DNA from: Candidatus Poribacteria bacterium
GTDB taxonomy: Bacteria; Poribacteria; WGA-4E; WGA-3G
Direction: 5' to 3'
Length of the DNA stretch: 64,000 bases
Assembly (NCBI GenBank): GCA_963666305.1
Contig: OY762722.1
Coordinates: 4,707,073-4,771,072, forward strand
Of the stretch, positions 1 through 9,640 are shown piece after piece (positions within the stretch are counted from its first letter, which is position 1; the number at the start of each line of letters is the position of its first letter). The notes below the pieces were generated by a model, which was not told the DNA's origin, searched no databases, and saw only the letters and a list, made by a program, of their open reading frames with translations. The translations under genes and the position numbers were made by a program.

Positions 1-409
1 TTAAGCCCCATTCCTGCGGATGCATCGTAAATCGCTGTGACGTGCATCCATTCCTTTACAGGTAAATCGAAGCCTCCGGTTGTCAATGACCCCGCTGCGC
101 CCTCGGCATATCCCCATGCGCCCAATGAAGCATTAGCACCGTGAATAACCAAATTGAATCGTCCTTCCTGACCAATGATTGACCAGAAGGTTTCACGGAC
201 TGGTAGCTCTTCAAAATAGATCCATGCTTCGGCGGTCAATCCCTCAAACTGTTCATCGGGAAACCACGCCTCGATAGTAGCGACAAAATCGTGTGTTCCA
301 TCCAATCTCAGTATGCCACCGCCTGCAGGTGACAGGGGTGGCAATGCTTTAGCACTTAATGGAATGAATGCCAGCGCAAAGAGATATGTAAGGATGTGTC
401 GGTATATCA
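1..409 (-). CDS. Secreted hypothetical protein, 5' part only (gene runs off window start). N-terminal signal peptide MIYRHILTYLFALAFIPLSAKA; body is LamG/concanavalin-like (..WMHVTAIYD..)
   Basis: ATG at 409..407 preceded by AAGGAG RBS (rc of 414-419); manual translation gives a signal peptide then a beta-rich domain. Not in the ORF track because it is truncated by the window edge. Confidence 0.4.
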
Positions 410-412
410 TTT

Positions 413-805
413 TTAATCTCCTTTATCCGCAACCGTATAGAATTGAACCTTTTCAATGCGACCGGCTCCAGTCATTGCGTGTTTTATAATTTTGACAGCA
501 TTAGTCCTGGCGATAAGCGGAATTTCATAGGGGAACTGAATTCCGCCCGGTACTTTCTTAGCGGGTGCCCATCGATTTCTCTTATCACGCACGTGAATTT
601 CGATGTTCCGGATTTTGCCAGAGCCAAGAAGCACAATTTTCCGAATGTTTGCTCTTTCTGGAAGCGAATAAATTTCTCCGTGGAAAGTTGCCTTTTCTTT
701 TACATCGCGATCGATGAGAACATACGTCTGCTCCGTTAGCAGTGCCGCACAGCCAATTTGTGACAAACAAGCAAGTATAAAGAGTAAGTATTTCCATCTG
801 TTCAT
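413..805 (-). CDS. Small secreted/lipoprotein-like hypothetical protein (MNRWKYLLFILACLSQIGCAALL...)
   Basis: ORF 413..955 trimmed to the internal ATG at 805, which has an AAGGAG RBS 7 nt upstream; the upstream part of the called ORF is translation of a repeated leader element. Confidence 0.5.
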   Translation of the reverse strand: MNRWKYLLFILACLSQIGCAALLTEQTYVLIDRDVKEKATFHGEIYSLPERANIRKIVLLGSGKIRNIEIHVRDKRNRWAPAKKVPGGIQFPYEIPLIARTNAVKIIKHAMTGAGRIEKVQFYTVADKGD

Positions 806-1075
806 GATTGTTCTCCTTACACACGGTTTTCGGATTGATAGGTGGAGCGATGCAGCAATTGAGATATGGGAAAACCTATTGCATCGCTCCGTATTTTCCA
901 AGGAGGAAGGCTCTCCCGATTGGTTCACAGTATTAAAAGCATGAGCAATTTTCATGCCAAAGGCAATTCAGGTGAGAAATCGGTTTAAAGGCAGTTTTCT
1001 CGCCACGCTACCAGAAAGAATATATTTAAGTGTTCAATTTATGGACAGTTTTGTTCAAAACTGAGGAAGGTACTG
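806..1075 (-). promoter_or_regulatory. Conserved structured leader element, copy 1. Contains an 11-bp perfect stem GGAGCGATGCA/TGCATCGCTCC with a 25-nt loop, an anti-SD-like CCUUCCUCCUU on the transcript strand, and a TTGAACA-N14-TTGAACA direct repeat
   Basis: About 85% identical to 5485..5760, in the same orientation, upstream of an unrelated minus-strand gene. Confidence 0.5.
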
Positions 1076-1109
1076 CGGTGGGAAACCCAGTTAACATTCT
1101 GGGTTTTAT

Positions 1110-1195
1110 AAGGCTATTCGTAATAGGACTTACACATTTCCTCAAAGTCCCCCTGATAAGAGCGGATATAGGGGTTGAGGATTGAGAGAGAAAAA
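1110..1195. repeat. Short intergenic repeat (GGACTTACACATTTCCTC..CCCTGATAAG..) also present at 10963-11040, partly at 22394-22410
   Basis: Direct sequence similarity between the loci. Confidence 0.4.
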
Positions 1196-1283
1196 TAAAA
1201 CGAAACACTCTCACCGTAAGGAATTTACAGCAAAGTATTTCGTTTCTCTGTTCAACCGCACAAACTGGGGCATTCTTTAGATT

Positions 1284-2246
1284 CTATTGCACGAAATGGG
1301 GCGTATTTCGCTTAAGCATGCCCCAGAGCACCATCTGTGTATTCTCGCTTGGTGAAACACCAAACGCAGATGGCACCCAGGCAGGAGAAAATTCCTGTCC
1401 GGGACCTTGCGTCAGTTTTCGGAGTCCACCACCCGCCGCACGAATGAGATAGATGCCTTTATTTTCCTCTTGAACGGATACGTAGGCAATCCACTGACCA
1501 TCAGATGACGCATCAGGTTCTTCGCACGCGTGTTCAACGTTCGTCAATTTTTGGGCGTTTCCTCCGTCAATATCCACCGCAAACAGTGTCGGCACCTTTA
1601 CGCCGCCGAGCTTCTCGCTGGAAAAATAAATTTGCTTTCCGTTAGAAGCCCACGTGGGACTTGTTGCTGAAACTTGTGTGAGTGCTCTTTGTTTTTCACC
1701 ATCAGCGTTCATGACATGGATACCACCAATGCCGTCCAGCGTGGAACGAAACGCGATCCACTGCCCATCTGGTGACCAGGCAGGCGTTGAATTGTGTCCA
1801 CCTTTATTTGTGAGTCTCTGAACTTTCTTACCGTTCACGTCCATTATGTAGATGTCAGTGTCCGCGGCATGGTCGCGCGCTTGGTTAGATGCGAACGCGA
1901 TCCATTTTCCATCCGGGGACCATGCGGGATTGATATCGGTAGCGCGATGGTTTGTCAGCCGCCGAGATTCCTTCGTATCCATATCCATTACATAAATCTC
2001 TGGATTCCCGTCTCTGTTTGAGACGTAGGCAAAAGCGCGACCGTCTGGGGACCACGTCGGCGAGAAGTCCTCTGACGGGTGATTGGTTAAGTTGGTGAGA
2101 ATCTCACCATTTATATCTATGGTATAGATGTCAAGATTTCCTGTCCTATCGGAGGTGAAGGAAACCCTACTGCTGCCCCAGACGTTCATTGTCAATAGGC
2201 AGCTTGTGAACAGTAACGTAAACAGAAATAATATTCGTCTCATCAA
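1284..2246 (-). CDS. TolB-like periplasmic beta-propeller protein (PD40/WD40-like repeats)
   Basis: Repeated ..SP(D/T)WSPDG(K/Q)WIAF.. motifs typical of TolB/PD40 propellers; signal peptide; TTG/ATG start at 2246/2243. Confidence 0.75.
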   Translation of the reverse strand: MMRRILFLFTLLFTSCLLTMNVWGSSRVSFTSDRTGNLDIYTIDINGEILTNLTNHPSEDFSPTWSPDGRAFAYVSNRDGNPEIYVMDMDTKESRRLTNHRATDINPAWSPDGKWIAFASNQARDHAADTDIYIMDVNGKKVQRLTNKGGHNSTPAWSPDGQWIAFRSTLDGIGGIHVMNADGEKQRALTQVSATSPTWASNGKQIYFSSEKLGGVKVPTLFAVDIDGGNAQKLTNVEHACEEPDASSDGQWIAYVSVQEENKGIYLIRAAGGGLRKLTQGPGQEFSPAWVPSAFGVSPSENTQMVLWGMLKRNTPHFVQ

Positions 2247-2268
2247 TAAGACTTCTCCTGAATCGAAT

Positions 2269-5088
2269 CTAAGATTGTGTCCCTAATTTTCGCTTGAGAA
2301 TAGTGCCGTGTGCACCGATCACAACTATCCCAAGCCCTTCAACGTAGTCAACATGGTACAAATCTTCGTCGGTGCCGGATTTTTCAATTTCCCATGTTGC
2401 ACCACGATCCTTAGTGTGTAGGATGAGTCCACCCGCTCCAACAATCCAACCTTCCATTTCGTTGATGAAAGTGACATCATAGAGATGTGTACTTACTCCG
2501 ACATCGACCGCTGACCATCTCAAGCCTCCATTTGACGTACGGAGGACGATCCCATCCCTGCCGACAGTCCATCCCTTTCGGCGATTTAAGAAAGATACAC
2601 CGTACAGATCATACCCAGTGTTGGTCGTCTGAAGGTGCCATGTGGATCCTTGGTCGTTTGTCCAGAGAACCTTTCCCCAGGACCCAACAGCCCAACCGTA
2701 ATACTCACCGACCATCTGGAGGTCGCGATAGGATGCCGAGGTTTCGTTCTCTCGATGTGTCCATATTGTGTTTCCATCCCTGTTATGGAGGATAACGCCT
2801 TGTTCACCAGCAGCCCACCCTTCACCGAAACCTTGGAAGTATGCTGTGTAAAGTTGACACGCTTCTTCTATGCGTTGACTGTTTTGGTCGTAGCCACTCA
2901 TTACTGGTTTCGTGGCTTCGTTCAAAACCTGCCATGTCCTTCCACCGTCGGTGGTAGATAGGAAACTCGCGTCTTCGGTAAGCAGCCAACCGATCTCTGA
3001 GGAGACAAAATGCACGGCAACCAGTGGGGTATCTACCGGAGATTTAACGCTCTTCCAAGTGTTGCCGCCATCTAAGGTGTGGAGCATCGTTCTGGAATTA
3101 CCGACTGCCCACCCTTCAATAGGGTTAATGAAGGAAATATCCGTTGATTTCATACCGGTATCCACACCCATTATCCGGAAGGGTCCGTCGTTGCGTAAGA
3201 TGTCCCATCCTGCATCAATTTTTGGCAGTTCGGTTTCGGTCTCATCAAAGGACCGTTTACGTGGTGTATATTTTGATATTGACGGAATCGTATAAGCGAT
3301 AGCGATGCCGTCTTCACCAACGGCAAATAATTTATCCTCCGTGACACTGATGTCCCTAAGATTTTTGTCCGTTCCACTGGTCTCCCGTGCCCACGTCTTG
3401 CCTCCGTCCTGTGTGAGTAAAAGTGTTCCTTCGTCACCAACCGCTATTCCTACCGTGGGAGAGACAAAGAAGATTTTATTGAGATTCGCCTGTGTACGCG
3501 AGTATTGCGTCTTCCATGTTTTACCTCCATCGGCGGTATGAAGGATGAGTCCATATTGTCCAGAAACCCAGCCGAGGTTAGCGTCCAGAAAGTAAACCGA
3601 GTAGAGTTCGTTAAATGTCCCGCTCTCTTGGGGTTCCCATGTTTTCCCACCGTCGATGGTATGGAGGATTTTGCCGGGCCAACCGATAGTCCATCCCTCA
3701 TTCGGGGACACAAAGCAGAGGCCTTTTAAAAGTTCAAAGATATAACCGCGTTGCTCAATCCAGTTTTCGCCCCCGTTGTTGGTATAGAAAATACCTCCCA
3801 TATCACCAACAGCCCAACCGCGATCGCGATTTAGGAATTGGACATCGTGCAAACCGATCCAGTCATATCCTTTTTGGACTTCCCACGTTTTTCCATCTTC
3901 GGTATGTAAAATATAGCCGGAATCGCCGATTGCCCATGCTTCTTCTTCGTCCACGGCGGTCACTTTATTTAAACCGACAGAGAGTCCACTTTCCTGCCGT
4001 TCCCACGAGCGTCCTTCATTTTCGGTCCGGTAGATTGCCCCACGATTCCCGACTGCCCAGCCGCGTCCACCTTCTGTCATGTCCACACCTGCTAAGGGTT
4101 CGGCACTGCTTTCCGCGTCGATTGTCCACGTTTTTCCACCATCAGTAGAGTGAAGCATCGTTCCGTAACTGCCAACCGCCCAGATATGTTTAGCATCAGG
4201 CGAATGCACAGCCAACAGATCGCTATGTGTGCCTGTCTGATGGACTGCCCATGTCTGTCCACCATCTTGCGTGTGCAGTACTTCTCCAGCTTGCGCTGCC
4301 AACCACCCTTTTTTAGCATCGGTAAAACAGAGATCGAAGATTGCGTGTGTGTCCTCAATGTCAGGTTCCCCGCGGATCCATGATTTCCCGCCGTCTGTTG
4401 TTGAGAGAACAGTCGCCCCAATTCCGACTGCCCAGCCCGTCTTTTGATTGCGATCAAAGTGTATATTGAGCAAACTATGCTCAGGTGCTACCGTCTCAAC
4501 GCCCCATGTTTTCCCGCCATCCGTCGTGTGCAATGCGGTGCCGAGTTGTGCGATCAACCAACCTTCGCTTCCATTGACGAAGTGGACACCGACGAGTGCT
4601 TCGCCGACACCACTGGGTCGGAACTTCCACGATTTTCCACCGTTTGCGGTATAATAGAGTGCCCCGCCTTCTCCGGTTATCCATCCCCGTAGGCCGTCCA
4701 AGAAGTGAAGGCTGATGAGACTTCCGTCTGTGATAACCTGTTGCCGCCAGTGTTCGCCCCCGTCTTCTGTTTTTAAAAAGATTCCCTCGTCTCCGACAAT
4801 CCATCCACGTTTTTTATCTATGAACTGCATCTTATTTAGGCGTGCTTCAGTGCCACTATTCTGTGTTTCCCAATTTTTTCCGCCATCCGCCGTATAGAGG
4901 ATTGTCCCTTTCTCCCCGATGACCCAACCGTGCTTTGCATCGAGAAAGAAAACGTCCCTAAATTCTACTTCCCAATCGGCGCGCCTAACAATTTCCGCCT
5001 TGACAGGCGCGCGCTGTTGTAAGAGTGATTTCACGCCGCACCCACTAAGCAGCACGAGCAACGAGATAATTATTGTAGTGATGCGCAT
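2269..5088 (-). CDS. Large lipoprotein with about 20 BNR/Asp-box (Ycf48/sortilin-like) repeats (TxDGGKTW)
   Basis: Lipobox LLSGC at the N-terminus; many ..T(T/A)DGG(K/R)(T/S)W.. repeats at regular spacing. Confidence 0.75.
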   Translation of the reverse strand: MRITTIIISLLVLLSGCGVKSLLQQRAPVKAEIVRRADWEVEFRDVFFLDAKHGWVIGEKGTILYTADGGKNWETQNSGTEARLNKMQFIDKKRGWIVGDEGIFLKTEDGGEHWRQQVITDGSLISLHFLDGLRGWITGEGGALYYTANGGKSWKFRPSGVGEALVGVHFVNGSEGWLIAQLGTALHTTDGGKTWGVETVAPEHSLLNIHFDRNQKTGWAVGIGATVLSTTDGGKSWIRGEPDIEDTHAIFDLCFTDAKKGWLAAQAGEVLHTQDGGQTWAVHQTGTHSDLLAVHSPDAKHIWAVGSYGTMLHSTDGGKTWTIDAESSAEPLAGVDMTEGGRGWAVGNRGAIYRTENEGRSWERQESGLSVGLNKVTAVDEEEAWAIGDSGYILHTEDGKTWEVQKGYDWIGLHDVQFLNRDRGWAVGDMGGIFYTNNGGENWIEQRGYIFELLKGLCFVSPNEGWTIGWPGKILHTIDGGKTWEPQESGTFNELYSVYFLDANLGWVSGQYGLILHTADGGKTWKTQYSRTQANLNKIFFVSPTVGIAVGDEGTLLLTQDGGKTWARETSGTDKNLRDISVTEDKLFAVGEDGIAIAYTIPSISKYTPRKRSFDETETELPKIDAGWDILRNDGPFRIMGVDTGMKSTDISFINPIEGWAVGNSRTMLHTLDGGNTWKSVKSPVDTPLVAVHFVSSEIGWLLTEDASFLSTTDGGRTWQVLNEATKPVMSGYDQNSQRIEEACQLYTAYFQGFGEGWAAGEQGVILHNRDGNTIWTHRENETSASYRDLQMVGEYYGWAVGSWGKVLWTNDQGSTWHLQTTNTGYDLYGVSFLNRRKGWTVGRDGIVLRTSNGGLRWSAVDVGVSTHLYDVTFINEMEGWIVGAGGLILHTKDRGATWEIEKSGTDEDLYHVDYVEGLGIVVIGAHGTILKRKLGTQS

Positions 5089-5139
5089 GTGTCCTCCTTG
5101 CTTTTACAGTTTAATTTTTGATGAAGTAAGACTGATTTG

Positions 5140-5484
5140 TTAATGGTTTAACAATTCACTAACACCAAGTCCTTCAAATACTCGCTTGACGACAGGACTC
5201 GCGCCACGGACTTCAATGCGCATGTTAGACCGCTTGGCATCTTTCAAAAAGGCTACCAATCCGACGGCTGTAGAAGGATCCAGTAAAAAGACGTCCACCA
5301 TCTGAAAACAAATCGTCTGCTCAGCCCTATACTTCAATAAGGATTGTAACGTTCCGCAGATCGTGTTTCTGAGTGTCCGGTCGAGTCTACCGAAGAGTCG
5401 AACAGAAATATCTGTATCTTGATAACCAACTTTGAGCCATCCTTCTGGACGCGTTACCGCCACTTTCTTCTTCCAAAATAACAT
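5140..5484 (-). CDS. STAS-domain protein (anti-sigma factor antagonist SpoIIAA-like)
   Basis: ..ICFQMVDVFLLDPSTAVGLVAFLKDAKRSNMRIEVRGASPVVKRVFEGLGVSELL fits a STAS fold; start set at ATG 5484 because upstream residues are translation of the repeat leader. Confidence 0.65.
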   Translation of the reverse strand: MLFWKKKVAVTRPEGWLKVGYQDTDISVRLFGRLDRTLRNTICGTLQSLLKYRAEQTICFQMVDVFLLDPSTAVGLVAFLKDAKRSNMRIEVRGASPVVKRVFEGLGVSELLNH

Positions 5485-5760
5485 TTTAGCACCTCTCAAC
5501 GATTTTACAAGATCTAAAGACGATTTTTGGATTGATAGAGGGAGCGATGCAGCAACTGAGATATAGGAAAGCCCATTGCATCGCTCCATAATTTCCAAGG
5601 AGGAAGGCTTTCCGGGTAGTTCACAGTATTAAAAATATGAGCAATTTCCATGCCAAAGGTATCGGAACGAGAAATCACGTTTGAAGGCGAATTTTACCGA
5701 TCTCCTGCGATAAAGGATTTGTTCTTTGTTCAATTTCTGGACAGTTATGTTCAAAAGTAG
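5485..5760 (-). promoter_or_regulatory. Conserved structured leader element, copy 2 (same hairpin stem, anti-SD-like tract and TTGAACA-N14-TTGAACA repeat as 806..1075)
   Basis: Stem is 11/11 identical to copy 1 while the loop differs at 4 positions; TGTTCAA at 5727-5733 and 5748-5754 on the plus strand. Confidence 0.5.
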
Positions 5761-5950
5761 TGTCTCTCTTTTCGCTATTAAGATTTGTGGACCCCAAAAG
5801 GAGTGTTCCTACCATCCATCTATATATTTTGATAATTCACCATAAATAGTCTCGCATAAACACAGGACTATTTAGTTTTCGGTTCCGATCTTGGTTTTCG
5901 TCCACAGATGTTTAGGGTTTCGCGCAATATCGCGAGCATGAAGAAATTGA

Positions 5951-5990
5951 GGAAATACCCTATCAAAAACCCCAAGCAAAAACACTCGCT
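5951..5990. repeat. Intergenic mosaic repeat, family E (..CCCTATCAAAAACCCCAAGCAAAAACAC..)
   Basis: Core CCCAAGCAAAA(A)CAC recurs at 29732-29766, 31441-31466, 48721-48770 and 63620-63657. Confidence 0.5.
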
Positions 5991-6066
5991 CCTACAGCGG
6001 AAAAATGTTCACGCACATAAAGTAAATATGTAAAACTAAATGACCTTGGCATAAACATTGAAGCTA

Positions 6067-6095
6067 TTGACATTCATCTATTTTCCAAGTATACT
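6067..6095 (+). promoter_or_regulatory. Sigma70-like promoter: TTGACA, 17 nt spacer, TATACT
   Basis: Consensus -35 at 6067-6072 and -10 at 6090-6095, about 45 nt upstream of the epimerase ATG. Confidence 0.4.
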
Positions 6096-6141
6096 AAGCA
6101 GTAGAAATAAATTTCATCATTTGAACGGATTGGAGACATCC

Positions 6142-7179
6142 ATGCGGGTTTTGATTATTGGTGGTACGGGGCTGATTAGTACGGCAATTACCCGCGCTCT
6201 GGTTGCGCGTGGGGACGATGTGACGCTCTATAACCGTGGGCAGACTGAGGCTGATATTTCAGAAGGATATGCCACCATTACTGGCAATCGGAAAGACTAC
6301 GCCGCGTTTGAAGCACAGATGACGGAAGCGGCGAATTTCGACGTTGTCATCGACATGATCGGTTTCGTTCCTGCTGAGATTGAGAGTGCCATACGCGCGT
6401 TTCGCGGCAATATCCGACAATTCATCTTCTGTAGCACGGTCGATGCCTATACGAAACCTGCCCGGCACTACCCTATTCGCGAGGATGCAGCACGGGAACC
6501 GATGCCATCTTTCCCGTATGCCTACAATAAGGCAAAGTGTGAGCGACTTTTAGAGGAAGCACACGAACGTGGCGATTTTCCAGTCACGATTATCCGTCCG
6601 GCACACACTTACGGTGAGGGACGCGGATTGATTCATTCGTTTGGACTCGGTGGTGCGTACTACTTCGACCGTATCCGTCACGGCAAACCGATTATTACAC
6701 ACGGTGATGGTTCTTCTCTCTGGGCGGCGTGTCATCGTGACGACGTAGGACAGGCGTTCGCTGAAGCGGTCGGCAACAACAAGACATTCGGCAAAGGGTA
6801 CCACACAGCGAGCGAGGAACCGATGACTTGGAATCAATACCATCAAGCAGTTGCAGAAGCCATGAAAGCACCAGAACCTGAACTAATTCACATCCCGACC
6901 GATTTTCTATTTGAGATCGCGCCTAAGGCAGCAGAATGGTGCAGAGAGAATTTCCAATACAACAATATCTTCGATAATACAGCGGCAAAAACAGACCTGA
7001 ACTTCCGCTATACCATTCCGTTCGTTGAGGGTGTGCGTCGCATTGTAGGTTGGCTTGATGCCCGTGGGCGCATTCACGATAAAGATGAACCCGAAGTCTA
7101 CAGCGAAATTATTGAGAGATGGAGAAATTTTAGTACGAAAGGGGCTTTTTTCGGAGGGTCTGATAATGCGAAGGCATAA
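6142..7179 (+). CDS. NAD-dependent epimerase/dehydratase (SDR family)
   Basis: MRVLIIGGTGLIS Rossmann motif; GGAG RBS; start trimmed from ORF 6058. Confidence 0.75.
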   Translation: MRVLIIGGTGLISTAITRALVARGDDVTLYNRGQTEADISEGYATITGNRKDYAAFEAQMTEAANFDVVIDMIGFVPAEIESAIRAFRGNIRQFIFCSTVDAYTKPARHYPIREDAAREPMPSFPYAYNKAKCERLLEEAHERGDFPVTIIRPAHTYGEGRGLIHSFGLGGAYYFDRIRHGKPIITHGDGSSLWAACHRDDVGQAFAEAVGNNKTFGKGYHTASEEPMTWNQYHQAVAEAMKAPEPELIHIPTDFLFEIAPKAAEWCRENFQYNNIFDNTAAKTDLNFRYTIPFVEGVRRIVGWLDARGRIHDKDEPEVYSEIIERWRNFSTKGAFFGGSDNAKA

Positions 7180-7306
7180 GTGCAGTATCCACTTTTTCTG
7201 TTTTCCTTCGGATCGGAACTTGAGAGTTTCGTTTCTTGTGGCAATATTGACGTTTTTTACTATGATTCTGACACCATCCAACTTGCTGGTAGAAGGGGTT
7301 GAGGAA

Positions 7307-8167
7307 ATGAATCCCAAAAAGATAATATTTGAGACCGATATGTGTACCGATGTAGATGATGTTGGGGCATTGGCTATGTTGCATGCTCTTGCAGATAACA
7401 GAGAAGCAGAAATCCTTGCGATCTCCTACAATGAAGTGCATCCGAGCGGTGCCGGCACCATCAGCGCGATAAATACATGGTACAACAGAGGTGATATCCC
7501 CATCGGCATCTATAAGGGAGACCTCGCAGATCCTGATGAATCGAGTTATCTGGAGAGTATCGCGGCTAATTTCCCACACGATCTCACGGCTACTCCAACA
7601 CCCAGCTCCCTGGAACTCTATCTACAAGTGCTTAGCGAACAACCGGATAACTCGGTGACGATCATCAGCGTTGGGTTCCTTAACAACCTCTACGATCTGC
7701 TGAAAGCCGATCCCAACCTCGTTGCTCAAAAGGTTACCGAACTCGTGGTGATGGCAGGGCTTGTCGATGACCCCTACAACACGGTCCGCCACGATCTGGT
7801 TGATACATCGGAATATGTTATCCGTAATTGGCCCACACCACTTGTTATCAGCCAACATGGAGAATCTGTTTACACTGGAGCGAAACTCGCAGATACTCCT
7901 GCTGAGAATCCTGTACGAGAAGCGTTTTATCAGCGGTTCAACGGGCAGTATAAGGGACGTTCCAGTTGGGACCAAATCGCCGTTTTATATGGCGTGCGCG
8001 GTCTCAGCGACTATTTCACTGAAATCACAGATGGCAAAGGCAGGTTATCGAATGGGTATGCGTGGGAGATGAAATTCGGTTTCCGGTCTTATCTGGAAGT
8101 TCAATTGTCAGATAGTGAGTTTGTTCGTATTATCGAAGATATGATGATTAAACCACCGCGAAGATAA
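7307..8167 (+). CDS. Inosine-uridine-preferring nucleoside hydrolase family protein
   Basis: N-terminal ETDMCTDVDDVGALAM (DxDxxxDD) motif. Alternative upstream starts at 7166 or 7262 would add a hydrophobic leader. Confidence 0.65.
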   Translation: MNPKKIIFETDMCTDVDDVGALAMLHALADNREAEILAISYNEVHPSGAGTISAINTWYNRGDIPIGIYKGDLADPDESSYLESIAANFPHDLTATPTPSSLELYLQVLSEQPDNSVTIISVGFLNNLYDLLKADPNLVAQKVTELVVMAGLVDDPYNTVRHDLVDTSEYVIRNWPTPLVISQHGESVYTGAKLADTPAENPVREAFYQRFNGQYKGRSSWDQIAVLYGVRGLSDYFTEITDGKGRLSNGYAWEMKFGFRSYLEVQLSDSEFVRIIEDMMIKPPRR

Positions 8168-8211
8168 TACTCTCCTGTTTTTTTATCAAACTTACGTTTT
8201 CATAGATGCGC

Positions 8212-9357
8212 TTATTTTAACCCTTTCGGTGCCAATTCCCCAATGGAACTTTCCAGAATATCGGATGCTTCGGTGGGTATGTGCTTAGCCGTTGGCGGAA
8301 GCGGTGTATCAAAGAAGTAGTCAGGATCGGTTTTCTGTCGTTGCCAAGTCTCGCGCATTTCGCGCCAAGCCCCGAAAAACGTTCGCAGTTCGGGCATATC
8401 TTCGGCAATTAAGTGATGCAATTTTTTCAAATTGTAGCAAGGCACTCCTGCAAACATGTGATGCTCAATGTGCCAATTCATACGCCAATACAAAAACTCC
8501 GCCAAAGGGTTGAGTTTGATTGACCGTGTGCATTTGCGGAAGTCGGGGTCATTTTCCTTTAAACCACAATGTTGAGGCAGAGAAACGGCGTAGGATCCCC
8601 AGTTTGCAATAAATGCACTAACAGTGATAATGAGCGGGAAAACCCAATACCCCGTGGCGAGTGAAACAACAAACAAACTGCCGTGAAAAAGGAGTAGAAT
8701 CCAAGACCACCCCATCGAATTTTTATGTTCTTCGGGTTGATCAACATGTAATGATGCCAACCATTCCTGACTCGGAATTTCTGACGGTCCCTCTTTGCCA
8801 AAGGCACTACGGATGGTGCAGATAACTGCTGCAATAAGACCGCCTTTGCTAAAGGTGCGACCGGGTTGTGTGAATAAATTTACAGTAAACAGTTGAAAAA
8901 CGAATAAGGATCCGAGCTTGGGTTCAAGTGGGAGAAGGTTTTCGCGATCCCCTTCGGGGTATAAGGTGTAGCGGTGATGATAGGTATGGCTACTGGCGTA
9001 GTCAAAATGATCCCACCAACTGATGAGACTAAAGAGGTAAAGAAAAAATTTGTTCAGCCATTTGGTCCGAAACACGGTGCCGTGCCCCAGTTCGTGATTG
9101 GCTGTCCCTTTGAAAAAACTGGCGACTGTGCCATGAAAAAATAAGGCAATGCCAAAGCCGAGCCACATCGCCTGTGCCCAAAAGAGGTAGACCACACTAC
9201 CCGTCAATAGCCAGAGGGCAAGATGCCCGCCTGCCTGAAACCAGCCTTGTGCGTCGCTTCGTTTCGATAGATTTCGCAAGGTTGTGCGGTCTATTTTGCT
9301 TCGGTACCATTTTACATAGAGTGTCTTTCGTACTTCAGAAAGGGATTGATATGTCAT
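8212..9357 (-). CDS. Membrane fatty acid desaturase
   Basis: Histidine boxes HELGH, HTYHH, HIEHH and multiple TM segments. Confidence 0.8.
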   Translation of the reverse strand: MTYQSLSEVRKTLYVKWYRSKIDRTTLRNLSKRSDAQGWFQAGGHLALWLLTGSVVYLFWAQAMWLGFGIALFFHGTVASFFKGTANHELGHGTVFRTKWLNKFFLYLFSLISWWDHFDYASSHTYHHRYTLYPEGDRENLLPLEPKLGSLFVFQLFTVNLFTQPGRTFSKGGLIAAVICTIRSAFGKEGPSEIPSQEWLASLHVDQPEEHKNSMGWSWILLLFHGSLFVVSLATGYWVFPLIITVSAFIANWGSYAVSLPQHCGLKENDPDFRKCTRSIKLNPLAEFLYWRMNWHIEHHMFAGVPCYNLKKLHHLIAEDMPELRTFFGAWREMRETWQRQKTDPDYFFDTPLPPTAKHIPTEASDILESSIGELAPKGLK

Positions 9358-9449
9358 TTGAATACCGTTGTGTAGGACTTAACAAAACCTCAAGAACGTA
9401 TAAAAATCTACATATTCTTGAGATTGTGCCATACTTCCTGCTTCAACGT

Positions 9450-9640
9450 CCACTGCCTACCAACGAGGTCTTACACGGACTCTACAGGCATTTATTGGAA
9501 AATGGCGAGTTTCGTGAGGCTTCGGCTCACGAAACGTTACCTTTTGCTTGGCTTTCGCGAGCAAAAGTCGCCATTTTCCGCACGTCTCCTCGCAACTCGT
9601 GGCGACGGTTCAAGGTCAAGCGGGACACAAGTTGATAGCA
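9450..9640 (-). ncRNA. Putative TnpB omega-RNA (reRNA) scaffold overlapping the tnpB 3' end and right end
   Basis: Strongly structured nested palindromes immediately 3' of tnpB on the same strand. Inference from known TnpB biology; boundaries are approximate. Confidence 0.3.

Noticed and set aside
413-955. 180-aa ORF extending upstream of the small secreted-protein gene
   Set aside because: The N-terminal 50 residues are a translation of the repeated leader element (same pseudo-peptide as ORF 5140..5598). The real start is the internal ATG at 805, which has an AAGGAG RBS.
2487-4897. Many 60-130 aa plus-strand ORFs antisense to the BNR-repeat gene
   Set aside because: Antisense to a strongly supported 939-aa CDS with repetitive codon structure; no independent evidence.
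5140-5598. 152-aa ORF version of the STAS gene
   Set aside because: As above: the N-terminal extension reads through the repeat. Trimmed to ATG 5484.
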